From Malacoraja senta (Eukaryota): a stretch of 64,000 bases of DNA. The DNA lies in assembly GCA_038087875.1 (NCBI GenBank), contig JAXLNO010000110.1, positions 62,001 through 126,000 on the forward strand, written 5' to 3'. The translations under genes and the position numbers were made by a program. The notes beneath the pieces were generated by a model. That model worked only from the letters and a program-made list of their open reading frames with translations, was not told the origin of the DNA and did no database searches. Of the stretch, positions 37,548 to 49,349 are shown piece by piece (position 1 is the stretch's first letter; the number at the start of each line of letters is the position of its first letter).

Positions 37548-40512
37548 CCCGCCACGACCCTACCCTCTATCATAAAGGTCAGATGGAAGTTCTTGTATTA
37601 CTCGTTTTAGTATGAGACTATATTACTTCGGTTCTTGTTTTTTGTGATTTCACACCGCTGCTTTGAAGATTGACGCGCAGGCGCACTGACGGGCTTCTTC
37701 ACGTAATCACCTACGTAACTCCTCATAAAATAAAGATCAAACTTCAAACTTAGGTAAGTTCTCGTTTAATCTTACTATTTTATTTGGGACTATAGATCAC
37801 ACAGAATTCAAAGAAAACACGTGTAAACCAAAAGACGTTGGGGGACTTTCACTTCCGAACTTTTGGTATTACTATTGGGCAGTGCATATTAAGAATATAA
37901 TTTACTGGTTGGACAGTTCTATCCAACAGACAGAATGGATAAGAATGGAGAAAGAGGATTGTTCTCCTTGTAACATATGAGCGATCCTATTCTCCCGACA
38001 AAACTGAACAACACAATATATAAGAATAACCCAATTATACATGATACAATAAGAATTTGGAAACAAATAAAATTATCTTTAAAATTAAGAAACTTATCAT
38101 TGTTAATGCCAATAGTGAATAATCCTTTATTTAAACCATCTCTTATTGATAAAACATATAATCAATGGGAAAGAATGAGAATTAAAAGGATCGGTGATAT
38201 GTATGAAAAGGGAAATCTGTTATCATTCCAACAATTACAATTAAAATTTAAACTGAAAAATAACCAATATTTTAAATATCTTCAGATTTGCGACTTCATG
38301 AAGAAATACATACAAAGATATCAAAACATAACTTTAGATCCACTGGAAGAAGCAATGAATATTAAGGCTGACTCACAGAAATTAATATCATATTTATATA
38401 ATAGTATTTTAAATATAGACCTACCATCGACAGAGGCACTTAGAGAAGAGTGGGAACGAGAATTAATGATAAAAAATCACGAAGGAAACATGGGAAAAGT
38501 ATTTGATATATATACACAAAAGTTCGATTAATGTAAGACAATTTAATTCAATTAAAAATTTTACATAGATTATATTAATCAAAAACTAGATTGAATAAAT
38601 TATATCCAAATACGTCCCCCATTTGTGATAAATGTTTATCCCAAAATGCAACCATAACACACTCTTTTGTTTCCTGCATAAAATTTTATAAATTCTGGAG
38701 TGATATTTTTGAAATATTTACAAAATTATTCAAGATAAAAATGGAACCTAATACTGAAATGATTATATTTGGAGTAGTGGAAGATGGGAATAAATTGAAC
38801 TCATCTCAAAATTTATTTTTTAATTATGGGTCAATAACGGCAAAAAAACGTATACTTAAATTTTGGAAAAATACACCCATACCAACGCTTAAAATGTGTA
38901 TTTCAAACATGTTGGACACCGCACATCTTGAGGAAATCTTAACGAGTTGGTCTCCATTTGTCGACTTTTTGGAAGCATATGGTGCAACAGAATCGTAGAA
39001 GCTAACTGTTTCAGGACTGGGTGAAGGATAGTCAAGAATATAGATAATGATCTCCTTAATCTCTTACTTTCTACTCTTTCTCTTTCTATCTTCTTTTTTC
39101 CACTTTTCTTCTTTCACCTTTTTCCTTCTCACACACTATATATCACACGTTTTTCTATCTTTTATTATCTATTCTCTCTTTTTCTTTTTATTTAAAAAAA
39201 ATAAGAAGCTGTACATAAAATGTAACGTCAATATATATTAGGCACCTTGGTGCCATATGACTGTACTTCTAATAAAATAAAAAATAAAAAATAAATAAAA
39301 AATAAAACCAGTCTGGTCTTCATCAATTAAATCTGGCATGAACTTTTCAAATCATTTGAAGATAATTGAAGAATATAATTTATAGTCCACATTTAGAATT
39401 GATATCGGTCTGTAGTTGGTACAATTTTCCTTGTCTTCGTTCTCTTTGGGGATTAATGTTATATTTGCCTCTTTCCATGACGGGGGTGTCTTGCCTTCTT
39501 TGATAATCCAGTTAAAGGTTCTCAGAAGAAGTGGGTTCAGCTCATTCAGAAATATTTTATACCATTCTATAGGGAAACCATCGCTGCCTGGGGCCTTGTT
39601 TGTTTTCATCCTACCAATTGTCTTCTCTATCTCCTCCAGTGATATTTCCGCCGTGATTATTTTATTTTGTGTCTCTCCAATACAGGGCACATCTATTGTA
39701 CATAAAGTCCTCATTGATTCCCCATCTACTGTAGAGGTTTGTGTATATCATTCTTTATAATATTCCTGGAAGATATGTTCTATTTCTTTTGGATCACTCT
39801 TCAATTTCTGTGTACAGGGGGCCTTAATTATGTGTATGATGTTGTCAGCCTGTTGTTTGCGTAGCCTCCGGGCAAGTATTTTAGTGGATTTAGGGTCTAG
39901 CTCATAATGTGCCTGTTTTACAAATCTTGCTTTTTTCTCCACCTCTTGACCCAATATTCCATCCATTTGTCCCCTCAAATCTTCTATTTGTTTATAAGTT
40001 CTCTGGTCCTTATTATTTTTGTACTTCTGTTCTAAATCCTTCATGTCTAATATCAACTTATTATATGTTTTCATTCTGGCCTTTTTAATATGTGATGCCC
40101 TAGCTATTAACCTACCTCGTATTACAGCCTTCAATGAGTGTGGGGGGGGGGGGGGGGGGAGGGGAGTGTGTGGAGGGGAGTGTGTGGGGGGAGGGATTGT
40201 GGGGGGAAGGGAGTGTGGGAGGGGAGGGAGTGTGGGGGGGGGAAGAGTGTGGGGGGTGTGGGGAGGGTTCACCCACCTCATGTCTCACCCACTCCCCTCA
40301 CCGTCACTTTTCCTCACTCTGAACCTCAACTCACTCACCCCAATGTCCCTCCTCTCACTCCCTCCTCAATAATCCCTCTCCCCCTCACTCACTCCCTTCC
40401 CCTTCACTCCCTCCTTCCCCTCTCCCCCTCCACTCTCCTTCTCCTTCACTATCACACCCCTCCCGGTCACTTCCAGCCTCCATTCCCTCCACAATTGGGA
40501 CTCGCATAGGTC

Positions 40513-40722
40513 CGGCAGGGTGGCGCAGCGGGTAGAGCTGCTGCCTCACAGCGCCAGAGACCCGGGTTCCATCCTGACTACGGGTCCTGTCTGTACGGAG
40601 TTTGCACGTTCTCCCCGTGACCTGCGCGTGCATAGGTTAGTACTGGTGTGCGGGGATCGCTGGTCGGCGCGGACTAGGTGGGCCGAAGGGCCTGTTTCCG
40701 CGCTGTATCTCTAAACTAAACT
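40513..40722 (+). mobile_element. HE1-type SINE with internal deletion
   Basis: tRNA head, partial V-domain, GGGCCGAAGGGCCTGTTTCC..(CTAAA)n tail. Confidence 0.8.
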
Positions 40723-41504
40723 ACTCCCTCATTCCCCTCCCCCACTCTTGAACGACTCCCCTCCCCCTCACTTCCCAATTAGGTCTGTCCAAATGCCCTC
40801 AATCCCTCCCCTACCCTGCTCTCCCCTCTACAATCCCCTCCCCCACCACTCACCTCATCCCCTCCCTCCCCCCTCCCCTCCACATCCCCTTCCTCTTGTC
40901 CCCTCCGTCCCTACCCCTCCCCTCCTGCCCTGACACCTCCACTAACCCCTCTACCCTCCCCTGCTTCCTCCCTCAGCCACTCACTCCACTTTAGCAGAAT
41001 TAGGCCATTCGGCCCATCATTCAATCATGCCTGATCTATCTCTTCCCCCTAACCCCATTCTCCTGCATTTTCCCCATAACCCCCGACATCCGTACTAATC
41101 AAGAATGTCAATCTCTGAGCTATCTGGCCCCCTCATTCCCCTCTACCTCTGCCTCTTCCAACACCTCTCTACCCTCCCTCCATGTCCTCCGTCCTGCCAC
41201 ATCCCCCCACTCCTTCCCCTCACCTCTAAACTATCTTGCCAATTCCCCCCTCATTCCTCCCCACCTATCCCCTCATTCCCTCCCACCCCGTCCATCCATC
41301 CCCACCTCATTCCCTCCCTCCCCTTCACCCTCATTCTCTCCCTCACCTCTCAGTCATTCCCTCCCTCCCACGAACCCAAACCCTTGGATTATTCACTCTC
41401 CCTCCTCTCCTCCCCATCACTTCATCCCTTCCTCCCACTCCATCCCCTCCCCACCCCACTCCCCACATTATCCCCTCTCTCTCCCTGTCACTCCCTCTCC
41501 TGCA

Positions 41505-42025
41505 AGCACACCAACGCCTCTACTTCCTTAGAAGGCTGAGGAAGTTTGGCATGTCCCCAACAACTCTCACCAACTTCTACAGATGCGCCGCAGAAAGCAT
41601 TTTATCGGGTTGCATCACATCACGGTTTGGGAACAGCTCCATCCAATGCCGTAAGAAATTGCAGTGAATTGTGGACGCATCCCAGACCATCACACAATCC
41701 AACCTCCCTTCCATCGATTCCCTCTACACCTCACGCTGCCTCGGCAAGGCCAGCAGCATAACCAAGGACTAGTCTCACTCCCTCTTCTCCCCTCTCTCAT
41801 CAGACAAAGGGCACAGAAGTGTGAAAACGCACATCTCCAGATTCAGGGACAGTTTCTACCCGGCTGTTATCAGGCAACTGAACCGTCCTCTCACCTAGAG
41901 AGCGGTGCTGAACTACTATCTACCTCTTTGGTGATCCTCAGACTATCCTTGATCGGACTTTGCTGGCATTACCTTGCACTAAACGTTATTCATGTATCTA
42001 AACACTGTAAATGATCGATTGTAAT
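41505..42025 (+). mobile_element. Rex1/Babar LINE 3' fragment
   Basis: AHQRLYFLRRLRKFGM..NFYRC..ESILSGCI..FGN. Confidence 0.8.
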
Positions 42026-42549
42026 AATAGAAACATAGAAAATAAGTGCAGGAGTAGGCCATTTGGCCCTTCGAGCCAGAACCGCCATTCAATATGATCA
42101 TGGCCGATCATCCAGAATCAGTAAGCCGCTCCTGCAGATTGAAGTTCCCGAAGTCGGTCTCTGACATCGGGAACTCAGGGCTCTGTGATGTTAAAGTCCG
42201 CAAGCTCCCACGGTTGGAGTTCTGAGGTCGATCCCTGGCAAAGGGATCGCGGGCTCCGCGATGTTAAAGTCCCGTAGGCTGCACGCGGTGGAGCTCTCAA
42301 AAGTTGGTCTCCAGCAAAGGCCGCCAACTACTCGATGTTAGGCCGCAGTGCGGACGGAGATATATACGGAAAAGAAATCACATCTTCGTCGCGATAAGAG
42401 ATTAGAAAAAGTTTCCTCCAACCCCCCCACATAAAACAAGCTAAAGAACACTAAAAACATACATTTAACACATACTATTTAAACACAAAGAAGGAAAGGA
42501 CAGCAGACTGTTGGCGAGGCAGCCATTGCTGCCGTCACCAGGTGGACAC

Positions 42550-43085
42550 CTAATTCCCGTTGACTATTCAGGGGTGTGTAGTACACCCCCAACAAGGTGA
42601 TCATCCCTTTCTTTTTCCTCAGCTCCACCCATATAGCCTCACTAGACGAACCATCCGTAATGTCACATCTGACCACTGCCTCCTTAACCAGCAGTACAAC
42701 CCTCCCACCTCTTTTTCCCTCAGTCCTGTCCCTCCTGAAGCTCCTGTACCCCGGAACATTGAGCTGCCAGTCCTGCCCCTCCCTTAACCGGGTTTCAGTC
42801 ATGGCTTCAACGTCCCAGTCGCTCATACCTATCCACGCCCTCTCATCTGCCTTACCTGTCAGGCCCCTTGCATTAAAATACGTCCAGTTCAAACCAACCC
42901 TCCTTCCTCGCTCTCCTCTTTTCACCTGCCTATTCTGTCCACTAACATTTCAATCACCACCCTCCATACCAACCTCTAGCCTCTCACGTGCCTCTTTCCT
43001 GTATGAGATCCAACCCCCTTCCAATCTAGTTTAAACCCTCCTGTGTGGCATTAGCAAACCTTCCCGCCAGGATGTTGGTCCCCCT
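42550..43085 (-). mobile_element. CR1 LINE endonuclease fragment
   Basis: YFNARGLTGKADE..TET.L..LNVPGYRSFRRDR..GKRGG..EAIWVELR..GVYY.P. Confidence 0.8.
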
Positions 43086-43229
43086 TGATTCCGGAAACCA
43101 GAGCACCCGGAGGAAACCCACGCAGTCACAAGAAAGAACGTACAAACGTTGGTGCTGGAGAGGTAATGTGGCGGATGTAGACAGCATGGACTAACTTCAC
43201 CCAGGCAGGTGGCGAGTGTTCCCTTTTAG

Positions 43230-43630
43230 AGACATAGAAAATAGGTGCAGGAGTCGGCCATTCGGCCCTTCGAGTCAGCACCGCCATTCATTATAATCAT
43301 GGCTGATCATCCAAAATCAGTACCCCATTCCTGCTTTCTCCCATATCCCTCGATTCCTTTAGCAATAAGAGCTAAATCTAACTCTCTCTTGAAAACATCC
43401 AGTGAATTGGCCTCCACTACCTTCTGTGGCAGAGGATTCCCACAGATTCACAACTCTCTGGGTGAAAATGTTTTTCCTCATCTCAGTCCTAAATGGCCTA
43501 CCCTTTATTTTTTAAACTGTGACGCCTGGTTCTGGACTCCCCAAAATGGGGAACATTTTTCCTGCATCTAGCCTGTCCAATCCTTTATGAATTTTATATG
43601 TTTCTATAAGGTACCTCTCATCCTTCTAAT
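43230..43630 (-). mobile_element. CR1 LINE 3' end
   Basis: Same tail and 3' ORF2 sequence as 8264-8650. Confidence 0.8.
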
Positions 43631-44069
43631 CATGTGTAGGAAGGAACTGCAGACGCTGATTTAAACCGAAGATAGACACAAAGTGCTGGAGTAACTCAGT
43701 GGGACAGGCAGCATCTCTGGAGACAAGGAGTGGATGATGTTTCGGGTTAAGACCCTTCTGTATTTTGTGTGTTCTATTGCTTTTTTATTGGTATGACTGT
43801 ATGGCAAATGAAATTCCTTGTATGTTGCAAAACATACTTGGCTAATAAAATATGATTATGATTATGATTCAGACTAGAGTGTAATGATGTAGTCTTTTCG
43901 CTGACTGGTTAGCACGCAACTAAAGCTTTTCCCACCCCAACCAACACTTCACACCCACTCACAGCCTGACTTCAGTCTGCAAAGACTGGGCCTTTCTACA
44001 CCCATCCCCCTCCAATCACCACTTCACACCCAATCTCCCCACACCCTCTGTGCTGCACAACATAACTTA

Positions 44070-45290
44070 TCCAATATCAACAATAAAAATAGCGGTGGAG
44101 AGGCTTTTCAGACAAAAGAGCCGGAAATCTCCAGGGACCTGACAATGTTTCCCCCTCTACTCTTAAGCTCTGTGCCAAACAGCTGGCACCGGTCTATACA
44201 GACATTTTTAACCAGTCCCTGCAAACATGTACTGTCCCTGCCTGCTTCAAAGTCTCCACTATTGTCCCTGTACCTAAAAAGGCAAGGATTACTTGTCTTA
44301 ATGACTACAGGCCTGTCGCACTGACCTCTGTAGTCATGAAGACACTCGAAAGGCTTGTGCTGGCCAAGCTGAAAAATATCACAAACTCCCTGCTGGACCC
44401 ACTGCAGTTTGCATATCGGGCCAATAGATCAGTGGATGATGCAGTCAACCTGGGCCTGCACTTCATCCTACAGCACCTAGACCGCCAGGGGACCTATGCG
44501 AGGATCCTGTTTGTTGATTTTCGCTCTGCATTCAACACCATTGTGCCAGAGCTACTACACTCCAAACTTTCCAAGTTGACTGTGCCTGAACCCCTCTGTC
44601 AGTGGATCACCAACTTCCTGGCAGACAGGAAGCAGCATGTGAGGCTGGGTAAGCACATCTCGGACCCGCAAACGCTCAGCATAGGAGCACCGCAAGGCTG
44701 CGTACTCTCTCCTCTCCTCTACTCTCTCTACACCAACGACTGCGCCTCCACAGACACCTCTGTCAAGCTTCTCAAGTTTGCGGACGACACAACCCTGATT
44801 GGACTGATCCAGGATGGGGAGGAATCTGCCTACAGACAGGAAGAGTTACAGCTGGCATCCTGGTGCCGTAGCAACAACCTAGAGCTGAATGCTCTTAAGA
44901 CAGTGGAATTGATTGTAGACTTTAGGAGAGCTCCCCCTCCCCTCACCCCACTCATCATCAACAATACCACAGTCACATCTGTCGAGTCTTTTAAGTTCCT
45001 GGGAACCATCATCTCCAAGGACCTTAAGTGGGGGGCTACCATCGACTCCAGAGTCAAAAAGGCACAACAGAGGATGTACTTCCTATGGCAGCTGAGGAAG
45101 CACAATCTGCCACAGGCAATGATGGTCCAATTCTACACGGCCATCATAGAGTCTGTTCTCACCTTCTCCATCAGGGTCTGGTTTGGCTCAGCCACCAAGC
45201 ACGACACCTGGAGGCCACAGCGAATCGTCTGATCAGCAGAGAAGGTTATTGGCTGCAACCTTCCCTCCATTGATGAACTGTACACTGCAA
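44070..45290 (+). mobile_element. Rex1/Babar-type LINE RT fragment
   Basis: ORF 44336..45232: [61 protein letters not shown]. Confidence 0.9.
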
Positions 45291-45379
45291 GGTGGAAGAG
45301 GAGACACCCACCGTTGTCTCCCCATCTATAACTGAGCGTCACGGTGGGTCAAACACCCCCGGCCTCTCTCCCTCGGTAA

Positions 45380-46415
45380 CCGGTGGCTCAGCGACAGAGT
45401 TGCTGCCTTACAGCGCCGGAGACCCGGGTTCGATCCCGACTACCCGTGCCATCTGTACGGAGTTAGTACGTTCTCCCCGTGACCTGCGTGGGTTTTCTTT
45501 TATTTATTTATTTATTTATATTTATTAGAAGCAATTGTACATAGATAAAACATTCGGCATTTAAAATTATACAATTATTGTACAGCTTCATTTTTGACCT
45601 TATAACCTAAACTATGAAAATGAAAAAAGAAAAAGAAAAAGAAAACAAGAAAGGAAAAAGTAGAAAGTGAAAAGATAGATCGAAAAAGAACGAAAGAAAG
45701 ACCCCGAAGATACCAAAGTAGTGTGGCAGAAAGATATAGAAATAAGAAAAAAGAAAGAGAAAGATGGAGATATACCTTGCCCCTCATCCCCCCCACCCAC
45801 CTCACCCAACCCAGCATCGGATTTAAATTTAAATTTGTGTTGCACCATGCTATTGTTGAAAGAATTCGGTGAAGGGTGTCCGTCTTGAGAAATTGATCTG
45901 TTTTTTCCTCCAAGACAAGCCTAATGTTTTCCAAATGTAGTGTCTCGGACATGTTTGTGATCCACATCTTCACAGTAGGGACATGTTGTCTGTTTCCAAA
46001 ATTTAAGTATTAATTTGTTTGCCGTTATCAGGCCATAGGTAAGGAAACGTCTTTGAAATATCGTTAGCTCAGAACAGGCCTCTGACATACCTAGTGTGAT
46101 CAATTTTATGTTGGGATCCAATTTAGTTTAAAGTATTTTGGAAAAGATATCAAAAATTCCCCTCCAGAAGTTTTGTAATTTTGTACAGGAAACAAAAGAA
46201 TGGATTATGGTTGCTTCTCTGCGTGGGTTTTCTCCGAGATCTCCGGTTTCCCCCCAAACTCCAAAGACGTGCAGGTTTGTAGGTTAATTGGCTTGGTAAA
46301 TGTAAAAATTGCCCCTCGTGCGTGTAGGATAGTGTTAGTGTGCGGGGATCGCTGGTCGGTGTGGACCCGGTGGGCTGAAGGGCTTGTTTCCGCGCTGTAT
46401 CACTAAACTAAACTA
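45380..46415 (+). mobile_element. HE1-type SINE split by an L1 3' fragment
   Basis: Head 45380-45498; body resumes at 46219 and ends in (CTAAA)n. Confidence 0.8.
45499..46218 (-). mobile_element. 5'-truncated L1 insertion
   Basis: A-rich tail at 45499; 15-bp TSD CTGCGTGGGTTTTCT (45484-45498 and 46219-46233); ORF2 C-terminal YGLITANKLILKFWK. Confidence 0.85.
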
Positions 46416-46444
46416 ACTTAAACCAGGTATCAAAGTGTGTCAGA

Positions 46445-46568
46445 AGAAGGGTTTCGGCCCGAAACGTTGCCTATCTCCTTCGCTCCATAGATGCTGCTGC
46501 ACCCGCTGAGTTTCTCCAGCATTTTTGTGTACCTTGGATTTTCCAGCATATGCAGTTCCTTCTTAAAC
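46445..46568 (+). mobile_element. Short Penelope-terminal-repeat-derived insertion
   Basis: 16-bp TSD ATCAAAGTGTGTCAGA (46429-46444 and 46569-46584); begins AGAAGGGTTTCGGCCCGAAACG. Confidence 0.75.
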
Positions 46569-47542
46569 ATCAAAGTGTGTCAGACACACCGTCCCCTCAG
46601 ACACTATCACCGGGCGTCACAGTGCATCAGACACACCGTCCACTCCCCCCCCTGGGACAGGATGCAACGGTGGGTCAGACACACCGGCCCCTCAGACTCT
46701 ATAACCGGGCATCAGACACCACCGTTCTCCGCCCCCTCGGTAACCGGGAGCCACGATGCATTAAGCACACCATCCTCTCCCCCTCCAGGACTGGGCGTCA
46801 CGGTGCGTTAGACATGCCACAGTTATATTACACTTTGGTGAGGCCACTTATTTTGTTCAGAAGATAGACACAAAAAGCTGGAGTAACTCAGCGGGTCAGG
46901 CAGCATCTCTGGAGAGCAGGAATGGGTGACGTTTTGGGTCGAGACCCAAAAGAAAGGGTCTCGACCCGAAAAGTCACCCATTCCTTCTCAGCAACACCAC
47001 CTCCCAAGTACAAAACCAATGTTGATTATCCATTATCAGCCCATGCCCATCCAAAGCCTGTATAACCTATCCCTCAGAATACTCTCTTAGTTCCAACTAC
47101 AGATGTTCAGCTCACCGGCCTATAGTTCCAGGCATTTTCCCAGCAGCGCTTCTTGAAAAGAGGCACAACATTTGCCACCCTCCAGTCTTCCGGCACCTCT
47201 CCTGTATTTAAGGACGATCTCAATTTCAAGCAGGGCTCCCGCAATTTCCTCTCTGGTTTCCCACAATTTCCTCGGATATATCTGATCACGCCCTGGAGAT
47301 TTGTCTATCTCACACTCTCACTCTTCCCCTCCGAGCCCTAGGGTGCGTCACTCACACCCTTCCTCTTCGAGACACGGTGCGTAACTCGCACTCTTCCCCC
47401 CCGGGCCCCAAGGTGTGTCATTCACACTGTACCCCCAGGCCCTAGGGTGCGTTACTCAGACTCTTCCCCTCTGGAACACGGTGCGTCACTCACACTCTTC
47501 CTCCCTTCTCTCTCTCTCGGCAGAGACCCCAAAGACGTGCCC

Positions 47543-48314
47543 ATGGCTGCCCGCTGTTGGTGCCAGCCCTTGGTGCTGCTCTCCCTGCTGCTGCTGCTGC
47601 TGGCCCCTCGCGGGGCCCTCAGCGTGTGCGGGACAGGCACGGCCAATGAGTGCAAAGCGGCAACCCCGATGCCGGGGGTGGAGAAGGTGGGCGAGGGCTT
47701 TGACGTGGTGCACATGCGTGGGACGGGCACCTGGGCAGTGGACACCCGGTCCTGGCAGCTGCCGGGTGGGGGCTGCACGCTGTGCCACAACAATCAGCTG
47801 GAAGGCAAGCGTCAGCGGCTGCCCCAAGCCGTGCAACACTGGCATTCGGCCACTGAGTGCAAGCGTCACCTGGCCGGCCAGACCTTCGATTCAGCGGAGG
47901 AGGTGAGCGCGTCGGAGAGCAGCGGGCTGGACAGCAGCTGGAGCGCCCACCTGGACGTGGAGCACAAGGGATAAGTCTGCCATGGTCTCTGCTGCCGGAT
48001 CGCACTCCCGGCAGACCGACTTTGCCCGGCAGCGGGCCTCCAGCGACCGCTACAGTTTCAGCCGCCTGTCCTTCCGCTGCCGCCTGTACCAGGCGCGGCT
48101 GGGACACCAGCCACCGCTGCATCCGCACCTGCAGCAGCTCCTGCACACGCTGCCCCGCACCGGTGGCACCAGCAAAGCCGACTTCCTCTACAGCCGCTTA
48201 CTGCGCACCTTCGGCACCCATTACGTGGTGGCCGTGGACCTGGGCGGCGCCTACACTGACCTCACCGCCCTCCACACCTGCCAGATCGCCCTCAATGGGC
48301 AAACCCTGAATGAG
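47543..48314 (+). CDS. prf1: Perforin-1-like, copy A, first coding exon (signal peptide and MACPF N-terminal part); +1 frameshift at GGG 47968-47970
   Basis: Acceptor CAG at 47523; Leu-rich signal peptide; C..GT..EC..PG...GEGFDVV..DT..W..GGCTLC.N..RQRLP; AGSHS..FA..DRYSF..CRLY; Y.RL..FGTHY..VDLGG; phase-0 donor GAG|GTGAGT. Confidence 0.92.
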
Positions 48315-48334
48315 GTGAGTGCCGGCTCGCGATA

Positions 48335-49040
48335 CCTTGACCCTACACCGTGAACCCAGCCTTCCGCCGTGAATCTTGACCTCTGAACCCAAACTGTTAA
48401 CTACAAACGACCTTTGAACCTCAACCCTTAACTCCAAACTTGACCCATGACCTCCACCCTCAATCACGAACGTTGACCCCCCGACATCAACCCTTATTTG
48501 CAAAGTTGACCCCTGCCCTTGACTGAACCGTGACCTTCAACCATTAACTCCAATCTTGACCCCCTGACCCCATCCCTGGATTGTTCCCCGACCTCTGACC
48601 TTGACCGCTGAACCTCAAGCTTTAACTCCAAAGATAACCCCTGACCTGGACTATGAACATCGACCTCTGTCCACGAAACATTGACTCCTGAACCCCAACC
48701 CTTAACTACAAATTGACCTCTAACCCCAACCTCTGACCGTGAACCCCAACCTCTGACCGTGAACTTGGACCCCTGAACCTCAACCCTCAACTCCAATCTT
48801 GACCTCACACACCAGCCCTGGATCCCGACCTCTGACCATGAATTTTGACCCCTGAACCTCAACCCTAACTCCAAATTTGATCCCTGACCTGGATAGTGAA
48901 CCTCGACCTCTAACTCCATGCCGTGAACCTTCACCCCTCAACCTCAGGCCCTGATCCTTGACCCCGACTGTGAACCTTCACCCCTGACATTTAACTCCAA
49001 CCTGGACCCTGACCTGGACCGTGAACTTCAACTCTTGCCC
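48335..49040 (+). repeat. Degenerate telomere-like hexamer repeat (TGACCC/TGAACC/TAACCC)
   Basis: About 700 bp of CCCTGA/CCTTGA/CCCTAA variants at the start of the perforin intron. Confidence 0.7.
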
Positions 49041-49349
49041 CCTGGGCAGGCTTCGAGGGAAGCTATTGGAAAGGATTTACTCCCATTTGGAAGTGTGTTG
49101 GTGAATTAAGGAGAGTCAGCATGGCTTTGTACACACCGGGTCGTGTCTTACTAACTTGATCCAGTTGTTCAAGGAGGTGACGAAGGTGATTTATGACGTT
49201 TGGGCAGTGGATATTGTCTACATGGATTTTAGTACGGCTTTTCATAAAGTCCCTCATGGTAGGCGGACCAGAAGATTAAAATGCTCGGGATTAACAGTGA
49301 CTTGGTCGTATGCATTCAGAACTGGCTTACTGATAGAAGGCAGGCAGGT

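Larger units (their letters stand above)
32981..37782 (+). mobile_element. DIRS1-type tyrosine-recombinase retrotransposon, complete ends, decayed ORFs
   Basis: 35-bp inverted repeats (33008-33042 and 37671-37705), internal complementary region 37435-37547, ATTTTA at both junctions; RT, RNase H, methyltransferase-like and YR remnants. Confidence 0.95.
30414..38998 (+). pseudogene. L1 ORF2p (EN-RT-CCHC), disrupted; split by DIRS at 32981-37782
   Basis: [61 protein letters not shown]; after the DIRS, ICDKC..THSF.SC. Confidence 0.9.
28067..39307 (+). mobile_element. Full-length L1-clade LINE B (degenerate)
   Basis: 5' GGACTTCCGG, ORF1, ~1.1-kb spacer, ORF2, A-rich tail; ~15-bp TSD ATAAAA(G/C)CAGTCTGG at 28054-28068 and 39302-39316. 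Confidence 0.92.
24285..40135 (-). mobile_element. L1-clade LINE A (ORF2 part), in pieces 40135-39302, 28068-27130, 25781-24669 and 24358-24285
   Basis: [83 protein letters not shown]; reading frame rejoins across the L1, Helitron and MITE insertions. Confidence 0.9.

Noticed and set aside
40019..41667. Pro-, Gly- or His-rich ORFs here and at 16721-17126, 26609-27160, 50058-50673 and 60722-61192
   Set aside because: Low-complexity C/T-rich or (TG)n tracts with no domain signal.
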